From Hyaloraphidium curvatum SAG 235-1 (taxonomy: Eukaryota; Fungi; Monoblepharomycota): DNA of 64,000 nucleotides. Within the stretch, counting starts at the first letter, position 1. Every line of letters starts with the position of its first letter. The notes under the pieces are model-generated. The model did not search any database. It worked only from the letters and a program-made list of their open reading frames with translations, and was not told where the DNA came from. Shown piece after piece: positions 1-11,413 of this stretch. Made by a program: the position numbers and the translations under genes. The stretch is taken from assembly GCA_025558095.1 (NCBI GenBank), contig JAIVFI010000004.1, forward strand, positions 620,001 through 684,000. Reading direction: 5' to 3'.

Positions 1-878
1 TCTCCGCTCTTGCCATCCCACTCGTATCCAGCAATATCTTCCGCCCGGTGGTTCAAATATGGCCGATGGAGCCTCGAGTGGGGAGGCTTTGAAGTGGTTT
101 GGATCCGCGATCCTGCGTCAAGTGAGTGAACGACTTTGCGACCGCCAGACACCGCCTACCGCCTTCCGTTTCGGTGATCTTGTTGAGAACTCCACCGGGC
201 GCGCTCGGCATGCTGGCGGGGGTACCCTTGAAGCCTTTGCCGGCCTCCTCGGGTTCGGTCCCCATCTTGGTCTCCTTCCGCTTTCCATCGCTCCCGACAC
301 GGAAGATCCACGTGAAGTCTCGCTCAGACCTCTGACGGAGGCACAGATCGGAAGTCGGACCCGGCGGAGGGCAAGGAGGCGGCTCATTCCTTTTACGGTG
401 ATGAGCTGGCACCGCGCCCGGCGGACACCGGTACAACAAGCGAACGCGCTGATCGAGCGTCCACTCCAACGAGCCAACACGCTGATCGAGCGTCCATCCC
501 CAACGTTGTCTTCCCCGTGTCCGCATTCACTAGCTGGCATCCCACATGGCGAGTTCGTCGCTAGGAAACGCCTACATCCCATGCACCCCGGAAGGGTGAA
601 AGCAGACAGGATGGAGATGGCACGACCGAGTCAGAACATATGAATAAACAGTTCTCAGTGTTCGATTGCTGGCGAATAGACACCGCTGTGAACCTCCGGA
701 ATGACGAAATGGCACTGCTATGTGGTGTTCGAAAACGGGCTGAGCAGTATTACCCGCCGCGGATCTTCCACCTGGACCCGGTGCGGCCCCGCCGCAGCAC
801 GCCGGGCCACATAAAAGCGGTACGGCGACACTGCTCTCCACCGCGCGACACACTCCGCCTCGCTCTCCGCCAACCGCA

Positions 879-1489
879 ATGGGTCTCTACGATGATGATA
901 ACGCTGATATCACGAGCGGCGACCTCGTCGACGTTGGTTACTGGCAGGTGAGCGCGTCGCGTCGCGGCGGAGTTGACCAGCGGACTAAACGGGTGTTCCG
1001 CAGGCCAAATTCGAGGCCGAACGGCTCGAGGCAGCGCTGAAGAGCAAGCAGAACGAGGGCTACATCCGCACCCTCCTCCCATCCGTGATCTCGCTCTCGG
1101 CGGACGTGCTGCGCACCTACCCGAACCACGCCGCCGTCAAGGGCTGGAAGGAGAAGGCGGAGAAGATCCAGCCGAAGATCAACCCCAGTGCTCTTGAGGA
1201 GCCAGTCAAAGATAACTTCAAATATTGGAAAGTTCAATGTCGACCGCTCTCTGTGATCGCGGCCCCTGACACACGCTGCAGGGGTCAGCACAGCTACGAG
1301 GCTGGCTACCGGCACTCCGGCATTGCTCGCTGCGCTGCCGCCGACGGCCAGGGGACCCTGGCAAAGTCGCACGCGCGCGACGCTGTCACCCAGCTCACCC
1401 GCGCCGAGGCCGCCATGGAGAGCTGGCCCGAGGACGTGCAGGCCTGGGTCAAGAGCACGCTGGCGGAGATGCAGAAGATCGTGGGCTGA
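879..1489 (+). CDS. Small helical hypothetical protein (~165 aa, 1-2 introns)
   Basis: ATG 879 (MGLYDDDNADITSGDLVDVGYWQ), GTGAGC..CTAAAC..CAG intron ~948-1003, then joins the frame of ORF 1085..1489. A possible second in-frame intron lies at ~1232-1288. Codon usage is host-like. Confidence 0.7.
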
Positions 1490-1567
1490 GAGTGATGGGC
1501 TGGATGCCGCCGAAAAAGCTCGTGATACCTTGTATCCCATCGTTGATCTCCGTAATCTATTGATCCT

Positions 1568-4500
1568 TTACCGCTTCGCCTTGCGGGCAAACTTGACCTT
1601 GGACGACGCCTTCTTCACCCCCCGCTGCGCGGCGCCGACGATCTTCTTGAACGTCGCTGCGGCCTTGACGCCCTTTCGCTTGTTCCCCACGATCGTCCGC
1701 GTCAGCGGGATGTAAGCGTGCGGATCCGGCATCCCCGCGCGCTTCACGTCGCCGCTGGCCTTCTTGGCCTTGTATTGCTTGCCCAGCATCCGCGCGACGT
1801 CGGGATTGTCCAGCAGCTTGGACTTCTTGGCCGCGCGCCTCGCGTCGAACGCGTTCTGTCGCTGCTCGGGCCAGGCTCCCTTGCCGGGCTTTTCAGGGTC
1901 GGCGTCGAAAGTCTCGGCCGCCTTGCCCTTCTTCTTGCCCGTCGAGAACTTGACCCTGCCCTCGCTCGTCCGCGCAAACGACGCCTCGCCCGTCATGGCT
2001 TCCGTGTAATAGTCCGCCTCGCCATCCGCGTCCGCCATCTCGACGTCGCCCTTGGCGCGTTTCCTGTCCCTCTCCTCGTCCGACTCGTCTTCGATGACGA
2101 GCCGGCCGTCCTCGGCGTGCTCAAAGTCGTCGTCCCGGTTACGCGCGGTCCGTTTGCGCGGGCGCGCCGTGACGACTTTGGAGACGAGCCGGGGATCCAG
2201 CAGGTCCAGGACGTCGGCATCGGCATCCTCGCGGATGTAGGTCGCCTTCTGGCCCTTCTGGGACTGTACGGGCGGGCATCGATCAGCGACCGAAAAAGCA
2301 GCAAAGGGGCAGACGCACCTTGCGCCCGGGCTTCTCCTCCTCCTCGTCGCCGCTTGCTTCGCTGTCGGTATCCGCCATGACCTCCTCGAACGTCCTCCCC
2401 CGCACGCGGGCGCCGCGCTCCTCCTCGTCGTCGGCCTCGGCGCCACTGCGCCTCCGCTTGGCCCGCTCCTTGCGCTTGCGGATGTTGGCCAGCAGCTTCC
2501 TGTCCTCCTCGGGCACGAATCCCTCCACAGCCTCGTAGCTGAAGCGGCGGATGAGCCGCTCAAAGATGTGCTTGGTCTTGCTCTTGAAGTGCGACTGGTG
2601 CTCCCGCGAGTGCGCCAGCAGCGCGCCCACGACGCGCTCCAAGTGCTCCTCGAGCAGCTCCTGCGGCAGCGAGACCACGGCCACCTTGACGAACCCCAGG
2701 CCGGCCTTGGCCAGCTCCCTGTTGCGCGACTCGGCGGCAAACAGCGCCGACTGCACCACGTCCGAGATGAGGGTGTCGGGCATGTCCCCGCGGAACTCGA
2801 ACAGCAGCCTCGCCAGGCACGCCGCCGCGGCCGCCTGCATCCCCGCGCTTTCGGCGTCCAGGCCGGCCGCCACCATCCGGAAGAACTCGGTGGCCCCCGC
2901 CTCGCCCTCCCCCCCGCCCGCGCGCACCATCCTCCTCCCCAGCTCCACGAGGCACTCGAACCCCGCCGCCCGCGCCTTTTCGCCTGCCTCCTTGGTCCCC
3001 AGCATGGCCTCGGGCAGCACCTCGGGCACGAACCGCAGCAGCATCGCCCCGCCCTCGGCCGTCTCGGGCACCCTCCTGACGAGCGCAGAGAGGCACACCA
3101 GCCTCGCCTTGCGCGCGGCGGGGTGCACCGAGGCCGACAGCTCCGCGTCCACGAGGCCCTCGAGCACCGCCGACAGCCGCGCGGCGTCCAGGTAGCCCGA
3201 GGCGGCCGCGAGCCCGCGGTACCCGCGCTTCTGCGCGCCCCCGTCGGGGTCCTTGACCTCCCCCGCCAGGAACCTCAGGTAGGCATCCAGAGTCGGCCTG
3301 TCTCCCTCCCTCGCCAGCTCCGGCAGGTGCGGGAAGAGGATCCCCAGCAGCTCGCACCCGTTGCCCCTCTCGTCCTTGTCCCCGCCCTCCTCGAGCCCGC
3401 TGCGGACAAGCGACGCCACCAGCTGCACGAAGTAGGCCCGCACGTCCTCGCCCCCCGCGATCCGGAGGAAGCTCCCCACCGCCTGCCGCACCCTGTTCCT
3501 GAGCGCCTCGGCGCGCTCGTCCCGCTTCCCCTGCCGCGGCGCCGGCAGGGAAGTGAAGAGCGTGCACAGCGCGGCGAGGATCTTGTTGGCCTGCTTCCCG
3601 ACCGCCGCGAGGTTTTCGGCGGCCTTGGCCCGGTCGGCCTCGCTGCCCTCGGCGAGCACGCGGCGCTGCCCGTCCACGAGCTGCGAGAGCGACTCGCACA
3701 CCGTGCCGAGGCGCTCGTCCGCCTCTTCCTCGGTGGGGAACGCCGCCTGCCGCTTCAGGATCTTGCCCCAGGAAGACGACATGAGCCCGGCGAAGCGCTC
3801 CGCCACGTCGCGCGGGTTGCCGGCGCACGCGCCGGGGCAGAGCGCCCAGATCTGGGAGGCGAGGGTCGCGTGAAGCTTCTTGGCGACGGGGTTGGCGGAC
3901 GAAGCCGACAGGGCGGATTCGCCGGCGGCGAGGGACATGAGCGTGCCCTGCAGGAAGGCGAGGGTGTCCGGGCCGAAGATTGCCGAGGGCGGGCGGGAGT
4001 CCAGGGCGGCGCGGAAGGTGGTCAGGAGGTACGCCCGCGGCGGGCTGCCGGGGCCCTGCTCCTCGCGGCGGAGGTTGAGCGGGGCGGCGTCGAGCACGGC
4101 GGCCATGCCCGCGGCGCGTACGGCCGAGGCGAGGCACTCCTCCAGCTCCTCCTTGGAGTCGAACTCGGAATCATAGTCGACGTCGTCGCGGAAGCCGATC
4201 AGCGTGGGGAGCGAGTTGGCGACGAGCACGGGGAGGGCGGGCGACGAGGCGAGCGAGGCGTAGAGCGGGCCGAGGAGGCGGAGGAGGTTGCCGGTGGTGC
4301 GGCGGAAGCGCACGGTGCCCAGCGAGCCGGCGATCGAGGCGATGATGGACTGGAGCGCCGGGTGCGGCGGGTCGGCGAGTGGGCCGAGTGCCGACGAGAG
4401 GACCAGGGCGAGGGCCGAGGTGGCGGCGTTGAGCACCGCGGGCTTGGCCGGGTTCGCCGCGGCGAGGAATCCGTCGAACGCCGCGGCAAAGAAGGCGGAC

Positions 4501-5591
4501 ACGAGGCCGGCGAGAGTGTCGACGTAGGGCGACGGCCCCTCGGCGTCCTCGGCCGCGCGGGCCACGGCCGACGCCATGCGCACCAGCCCGCGCGAGACCA
4601 CGTCCATCCACAGCGGGGCCAGCTGCGCGTCGCGGTCGTTGGGCCGCACGTCTTCGAGCAGCGCGCGCAGGATCTCGCCCAGCATCTCGGGGTCGAGCCT
4701 GTGATCCTCGTCGTCGGGGGTGGAAAAGAGCGCGGCAAACACCGAGTAGACGTGCGCTGCGGTGGTGCCGTCGCGCGAGCGGGCGGGCAGCGCGAGCACC
4801 TTGGCCAGCAGGCCCCGCAGGGAGGCCACGGCGGCGGGGGCCGAGGCGCCGCGCAGCAGCAGCGGCAGGGTCGAGGCCAGGAAGGCGAGCATGTGCAGCG
4901 TGTGCGCGTCGCGGGCGTCCTCGTTGGCGGACCCGCCGGGTGCGGCCTCCAGGCCCTTTGCGACAAAGTCGAGCACGGCTGCCGAGCCGGGGTGGTTTGT
5001 GACTGGCGTGGGCGGGCGCGACAGCACCAGGCGCACGCCGTCCGCGGCCCGCTTGCGCACCTTTGGACGCGGGTCGGCTGCGAGCAGCAGCAGCACGCGC
5101 CACACGCGCTTTGCGGCGGCGTCCGCCAGCCACGCCGACAGCGGCAGCGCGAGCAGCAGGTGCGCGAGGCACGCGGTCAGCGACCGCAGCAGCGGCGGGG
5201 CAGCGCCGGGCAGCAGCGAGGTCAGGCGGGCGGCGAGGGCGCCGCTCTGTGCGCGCACCAGCGGCGCCGGCGCGTGCGGGAACACGGCGGCGAGCAGGTA
5301 CGCCACGGCGGCGAGCGTCTCCCCGGCGTCCGCGTCTCCAGCCACCCGCTCGAGCACGCCGGCGAGCCCCGCAAAGTACGCGCCGGCGGAGAGCGGCAGC
5401 GCCTCGCCCGCGTCGGCCGCCGACTGCTCGAGCGCGAGGAGCACCGCCGCCGGCCGGCTCTGGTTGGCGAGCCCCGAGCTGCGCTGCGCTCGGATGCGCG
5501 CCAGCGTCGACGCGAGGTCGCCCGCCGCGCCGAGCCCGTCGCCGCCCTCGGTCGGCGATGGAGGCGCCGTCAGGGACGCCTGGGCCGCCAT
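1568..5591 (-). CDS. RRP12: Ribosomal RNA-processing protein 12 (HEAT/NUC173)
   Basis: ORF 2283..5837 (likely start MAAQASL at 5591) has DPRPKVRK, EAMLGTKE, ALGFVKV, SHFKSKTKHIFERLIRRF motifs. After an intron at ~2265-2318 the C-terminal exon reads GKQYKAKKASGDVKRAGMPDPHAYIPL. Confidence 0.93.
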
Positions 5592-5661
5592 CTTCTCCGG
5601 CGTGTTTGTCGGTTTGTTTGGGTGCAGAAACCCCGTGGCGTCGATCGATCGCACAACGCAT

Positions 5662-5889
5662 CCCGTAGCTCCGGGGTCGCCGGCGGCGGCCGAGGCCGGG
5701 CTGCACGTCGGACTGCTCGGGTCGCTGGCGGGGGTGAGGGAGGCGAGGGTGCGGTACCTGGGGTTCGCGGTGGATTTCGGGGTCGTGAGGACGCCGGCAG
5801 TGACCCTGGTGACCGTCACGGTGGGGCTGTGGTCCATCTTCCGGGGTCTGGGGGTCTACGCGACGTGGAACAGCTTTTGTATTCCGTGA
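5662..5889 (+). pseudogene. Orphan 3' fragment of a membrane protein gene (GR/DUF3537-like last TM segment)
   Basis: Reads ..ARVRYLGFAVDFGVVRTPAVTLVTVTVGLWSIFRGLGVYATWNSFCIP*. It has no start, and the upstream space is occupied by RRP12 on the opposite strand. Confidence 0.5.
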
Positions 5890-6222
5890 TCCGATGAGAT
5901 GATTATTGTTGAAAGCCCCGGATCTCTCACCGAAGCCTACGCGCGGCCGCACGGGAAGCTAGTGAAAGCCTCGCCTATTCGACGAGAAGGCGCGCAAGCT
6001 CCATCGGTCCGACCCCACGGATCTTAGCCGGGCGAGCAACAGGAAGCGCAGGCATGCATTAGCCATGTCCCCGTGCGTGCGCAGAATTGGCTCACGGCAA
6101 TTGGCTCGTGCGTTCGATGCAACCGGTGGGATGCCGAACTGTGACCGCTCGTGACTAACCGCGAGCCAAAAGCTCAGCAGGGCACACCTTCATTCACTCT
6201 TCTGCAGCCGCAGTTATCCGTC

Positions 6223-8051
6223 ATGAAGCTGGGAATGGTAAGGACCGCGCTGCCGTTGTTTGCCCCGGCCTGCGGCGGGACGTTGACGCGGGGCACGCCG
6301 CGCGGCAGCTTCCCCAAGTCGTCCTCGCCGCGGCGTCGCTCCTCGCGGCGCTAGCCCCGGTCCAAGCAGCACCTGCCAACGCCACAGACCGCTCGAAGCG
6401 GTACCTGTTCTACTACAACCAGCCCTACCAGATCCGCAGCAAAATGGACGTCAACCAAGCCCTCTGCTGGCAGGCCGTCCGATACGTGGGCAAGCGACCC
6501 ACCCGGCATGCTCGCCCAGCTTGCTGACTACCGCTCCCAAGACCGACGGGTACCTCCACGTCACCAACCAGCTGTGCAAGCCCGGCGACCCGTGGCAGAC
6601 CTTCATCATCACCCGCAACATGCAGATCCGGCGCTACGATGGCGAAGCGCAGGAGTGCGTCGTGCCGGCCAACTTTGGCACCGGCAACGGCGTCAAGATC
6701 CTCGCCAGGCCGTGCGGAACGGGCGATGCCTGGCACTGGACGGTTCACGATGGCCTCAAGTTCGAAAACAACTGGGCAAACGACAAGTGCATCGACGCCA
6801 CGGGAGGCAGGAGTCAAGCGAGACCGGACCAGGAGCTGCAGCTCTGGAGCTGCGTCGCCGGACTCCTCGACACGGGGTGGTTCGACGAACCCTCGGCCAG
6901 GCAGTGGGGCCTAGTGGGCGTCGACGTCGTCGCGGACTGCAACCGGTGCGGCTCCGGCAGCTACGCTTCGGGATGCGGCGGCAGCGAAAAGGGGACGTGC
7001 TACAGCTGCGGCTCGTGCAGCGCCGGGACGCAGAGAACGGGCTGCGGCGGGAGCAGCTCGGGCACGTGCAGCGCATGCAGCACCTCGCTTCCTTCGGGAG
7101 CATCGTGGACGACCGGGTGTAGCTACGAGTTCTGCGCTTCGGGACTCATGAACTGCGGCTCGAACTACGAAAAGGTAACGATGATTGGATGATCGCTGGT
7201 GAAACAGCGCTCACCATCCCCGATTACAATCAGCTATGCATAGACCCCAACATGGACTCGAAGAACTGTGGTGCCTGCGGTGCATCTTGCAGCTCGGACC
7301 CGGTGGGTTGTCGCGATCCGATCGCGGGACAAGGATCTTGATCTTGAGCCCCATCAGTGCATCAACGGCAAATGCCAGGTTCAGGACACAGGTTCCAGCT
7401 CCGCACCCTCGCCACCGGCTTCAGGCAGCAACATTTCGGCCTCCTCATCTGCCTCCGCGTTGCAGGATGCTCCGTCCGGCAGTACGGCCCTGTCGACCGG
7501 TGCGATCGCCGGCATTGCCGTCGCTGGCGCCGCCGTCCTTGCCGCCGCGATCGCCGTAGCCGTCTTCTTCGGCAGACACTCCACAAGCAAGGCCCAGGAT
7601 CCGCAGATGCCTCCCGCGAATGATGACGCCGTAACGGCGGCGCCGAACGAGCTGCCCCAGCGAGTTGCCTCGCTCGGCGGCGGACCCACTGTGTTTTCGC
7701 TCTTCGGGGGAACCAAGGACGTCGCCTCCGTCCCGATCAAATCATTCGGCGTTGCAATAGGCGATTACGTGCCCTCGAACCAGGGCGAGATCGCTGTGCA
7801 TACTGGAGGTGGGGCTTCCACTTTGGTGCCGTGCCCCGAGATCATTGCTGACCCACAAGATCCCAGATCGCATCTTTGGCGAGTCCGTGTCGGCCAACGG
7901 CTGGGCAAGCGGCTTTAATGCCGTGACGGGGGCCGAGGGCTTCTTCCCCGCCGACCTCGTCGCTTTTGCAGGCACGCTCGCCCAGCCCAACCCGGTTTCG
8001 GCCAGGCCGGGGCCCGTCGGCGCCGGCCTTCCAGCCTACGAGTCCACCTGA
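6223..8051 (+). CDS. Single-pass surface protein: signal peptide, ricin-B-like lectin, Cys-rich/Stig1-like repeats, S/T linker, TM, cytosolic SH3
   Basis: Spliced model with introns at ~6238-6308, ~6486-6541, ~7175-7233 and ~7808-7867. Signal VVLAAASLLAALAPVQA; KCIDATGG..ELQLWSC; DSKNCGACGASC; TM AIAGIAVAGAAVLAAAIAVAVFF; SH3 AIGDYVP..EIAV..GWASG..EGFFPADLV. Confidence 0.8.
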
Positions 8052-8211
8052 GCGGCCACGGTCTATGAGCAAATTGTATATAATATCATAGTTGTTGGAG
8101 GCACGGTTTCGGCAAGGATCTAGCTGATCGTGATCTTTCGTTCCAGAGTTCGTGGTGGCGGCTTTCCCATACGACACCTCATCCCCAGCATTCCCCCCGC
8201 GAACCCTCAAA

Positions 8212-9292
8212 ATGACTGGCCAAGTCGAGGTCGCCTACCATGTATACGTCCGTGACGCCCCGAAGGACGCGCCTCCGTTCCGCACCGCGCTCCTGCCTGC
8301 CGTGTCGCTGCCTCTGAACGCACCGGCCGACCTCCTCCCCCGCATCCCGCAGTTTCCCGCGTGGAAAGCGCAGGCCGCAACCGCAGGCCTCATGGAGTGT
8401 TCCTCCTGCGGAAAGCCTGCGACGGCCTCTGTCGACGGCTGCGTTGTGCGGCGTGCCGCCCGCGGCGGCGGGACTCGGGTGTGGGTCGGGACGGTGCCGC
8501 ACTGCGCAGACGACGCGATGTGCGCCGAGGTCGCACGGAAGGTGTACGAGAGCCGCTTTGCGATCGACACCGGGGAGCCCGCGGGCGCGGCCGCACAAAT
8601 GCGGTTGGGTTGACGCCACGTTGCTCGTCTGCGTGCTCGGCCCGGGCGTCAAGAAGCTCGCGGAACTGCACGATTTCGACACGCTGGTTGGCCTTGGCAT
8701 CGATCCCAAGAAGATCGGCGCGGTCGCCTCGGCGGGCATCGCGGTCCGCATCCCGGCAACGACGGACGTGCATGGCGGACCCCAAACCAACAAGATCATC
8801 GACAGCACCGCCGCGGAATACGTCAAGTCCATCGGAAGCCGCCTGTCTTGCTTCGAATGCGGCCGCCCGGCGGTAGGCCACGCGTCCGGTGCGAACGCCT
8901 TCGAGGCGTGCCCCGAAAGACACCGCGTCGCCGGCAACGTCCTCCTGCTCGCCAAGGCCGTCACTTTCTGCGAGAGGGAAACATGCCAGCGCGATTCCAA
9001 TGTATGGCTGCGAAGGGGCCACAACATCGTCGGCAAGGTGCCTTCGGGCTGGGAGGGCCAGTTCAAAACGAGGTGCACGTTCTGCATGACGCTGCAGAAC
9101 GATGCCAAGGACAACCTGAAGGTGAGTGGACACAAGTGTCGATTGGCATCCCGTCCAGCTGATCGGTGCCTCTTTCAGAGGTGCGGGCGGTGCAGGACTG
9201 TGGCCTACGGCTCCATTACCTGCCAGAAGGCGGATTACGCGTTCCACAAGGACAGCTGCCGGCGCCTGGCCGAGATGAAGGAGTCCAAGTAA
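8212..9292 (+). CDS. MYND zinc-finger protein with duplicated Cys-cluster N-terminal domain (frame change near 8600)
   Basis: Two CxxCG(K/R)PA..C..C units (ORFs 8152..8613 and 8444..9292) and a C-terminal CTFC..RCGRCRTVAYGSITCQKADYAFHKDSC. Intron at ~9122-9178. Confidence 0.7.
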
Positions 9293-9395
9293 CCGATTGG
9301 GTGTTTCGGTGGCGTAGTTGAAAGATCGACCTGCAGTCCGAACAGGCAGATCGACCAGGTAGTCGTCCCCGAATCTGAATCCACGAACTCGGCAC

Positions 9396-9953
9396 ATGCT
9401 CGCCTCGGACGGCGCCGCAGCCGCCGACCGGCCCATGAAAATCGCCATCATTGCCGCACTGGCGCGCAACCGCGCCATCGGCCGCGGCAACGCGCTCCCC
9501 TGGAGGCTGCCCGACGACCTCAAGCGGTTCAAGGCCCTCACCACCGGCCGCGCGTGCGTGCAGGGCCGCAAGACATTCGAGAGCATCGGGCGGCCGCTGC
9601 CCAACAGGCTCAACATAATCGTCTCGCGCGACCCGGCGTTCGCGGCGCCGGGGTGCGAGGTTGCCCGGTCGCTCCCGGACGCGCTTCGGGCGGCCCGCGC
9701 GGCGGGCGGGATCGAGAAGGACGCGGTGTTCATCTGCGGCGGGGGGGTGCTCTACGAGGAGGCGGTGCCGCTGGCGGACGTCATGTACCTGACGCGGGTC
9801 GAGGCGGACGTGGAGGGGGACGCGTTCTTCCCCGAGTTTGACGAGGGGGAGTGGACCGTGGTGGAGGAGGAGCGGCACCTGAAAGACGCGAAGCACGATC
9901 ACGACTTTACGTTTGTGACGTACGTTCGGAAAAGGGCGGATGGGTCGGCGTAG
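9396..9953 (+). CDS. DHFR: Dihydrofolate reductase, bacterial FolA-like, intronless (alternative start 9435)
   Basis: IIAALARNRAIG..LPWRLPDDLKRFK..GRKTFESIGRPLPNRLNIIVSR..FICGGG..YLTRV..GDAFFP. Confidence 0.96.
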   Translation: MLASDGAAAADRPMKIAIIAALARNRAIGRGNALPWRLPDDLKRFKALTTGRACVQGRKTFESIGRPLPNRLNIIVSRDPAFAAPGCEVARSLPDALRAARAAGGIEKDAVFICGGGVLYEEAVPLADVMYLTRVEADVEGDAFFPEFDEGEWTVVEEERHLKDAKHDHDFTFVTYVRKRADGSA

Positions 9954-10006
9954 AGAGGGCGGTGAGCATGTTTGAACGCGTGAAAGGCGAGCCTCGTTGG
10001 GGATCA

Positions 10007-11279
10007 CTACAACTTCTCCTTGGCGGCGAGCTCCTCCATCACAGGCATCAGCTTCTTGCGGCTGATGGTGTCGTTCATCTTGTACGCCTTCACCGTCCAT
10101 CGGTCCCCGTCAGCAGAGGCCGGCAGCCCCTCGACCTCCTTGGGCTCGAGGCCAATCACGGCGTTGGCCTCCATCCGCTCTACCAGATGCCGCATGCCCG
10201 CGTCGTCCCTGGCGAAAACGACCAGCAGCTCGCGCTCGAACCCGCGCGCGGTCGAATACTCGTACGCGGTCATGACGACCTCCATGGCGAGCCGCTCCTC
10301 CGCGATCCACTCTGCGATCGCGCCCAGCACCGCGTCCGCGCCGCGCGAAAACAGCCCGTCCAGGTGCCACGTCACGGTCGACAGCCCGATGAGGCCCTGC
10401 GGCGCGGGCATGGTCTTGTAGTCCTTGCGCAGAAGGTCGCGCGTGGTCATGCCCGACACGTCAAACTTGGCGCCCTGCAAAGCGTCGAAGAGGTCCTTCT
10501 GCCACTTGCCGCGGTCTGCGGGGGCGACCCCGAGGAGCGAAAAGAGGTAGTCGGCCGCGGCAACGTCGACGGGGAAGCACCGGCCCAGCGCCGGGTCGAG
10601 GTTGATCGTGTCCACAAGGATAGCCGAGAGCATGAGAGTCCAGAGCGGCGCGTCCGACGGGCCCGCGGGCGGCTTCGGGAAGGCGAGCTGCCACTGCTCG
10701 GCCACCAGGCTCGTTGCCGAGCCGCACGAGATCTCGATCCGGCGCAGCTCGGTCGTGTCCGTGTACTTTTTCTGGTCCGCGTGGTGGTCCACGATCGCGA
10801 CCACCCTGATCGGGGCCGGCAACGCCTCAAACGAGGGCACCAACGCGTTGTGGTCGGTCAAAATCACGTCGGGCGGCGGCGAGATCGCGGCCAGGTCCAG
10901 GTCCGAGGCGAACACGAGGTCATCCGTCGCCGCGGCGGCGTCGGGGCCAAAGGCGCGGCGGATCGCGCCCACGGCATCGGGCCGCAGCGCTAGATCGGCA
11001 CGCGGGATGTTGATGAGCGGCAAGAAGCGCGGCTTCGCCTCGGCGGCGACCTTCTGGCGGAGGTACGCCAGCGACAGCGCCGATGCAATCGAGTCGAGGT
11101 CCGCGCTCTGATTCACATCGTAAGTGCCGGCACGCTTACATGCGGAGTCGGACCCTGAGGTCACCCACCTCATTGCCCGTCACCACGACCAGCGGGGCCC
11201 GCGCAGCGGACGCGGCGCGTTTTAGACTATTGACGAGCCGCTTTGACGACGCGATGAACTCGGCAAACGTCGCCGCCAT
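10007..11279 (-). CDS. PPX1: Exopolyphosphatase (DHH/DHHA2, Prune-like)
   Basis: VVTGNE|SADLDS across one intron, LTDHN, IVDHH, GSATSLV, ILVDT, DLLRKDYK, SRKKLMP. Confidence 0.92.
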
Positions 11280-11413
11280 CGGAAGAGGACCCGGGGGACC
11301 CCGCGATTTCTGAGAAGCGCTCGCTCCGCGCGCGCGCCACACGTCGGCACTTCCTGCGGCCCGTCCGGCAGCTCATCGACAGCTCGGCCCGTTCCTGAAA
11401 AGGCCTCGTCACG

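Noticed and set aside
440-505. Two imperfect 33-bp direct repeats
   Set aside because: Only two adjacent units with no spacer; not a CRISPR array, and no further structure is visible.
59-643. 194-aa ORF at the window start
   Set aside because: No recognisable motifs or clear host codon bias, so it cannot be supported.
2568-5897. 1109-aa plus-strand ORF and other long overlapping ORFs
   Set aside because: Antisense or alternate-frame shadows of GC3-rich RRP12; similar shadows occur over most genes here.
9396-9953. DHFR as bacterial contamination
   Set aside because: It is tightly flanked by intron-containing genes with matching composition.
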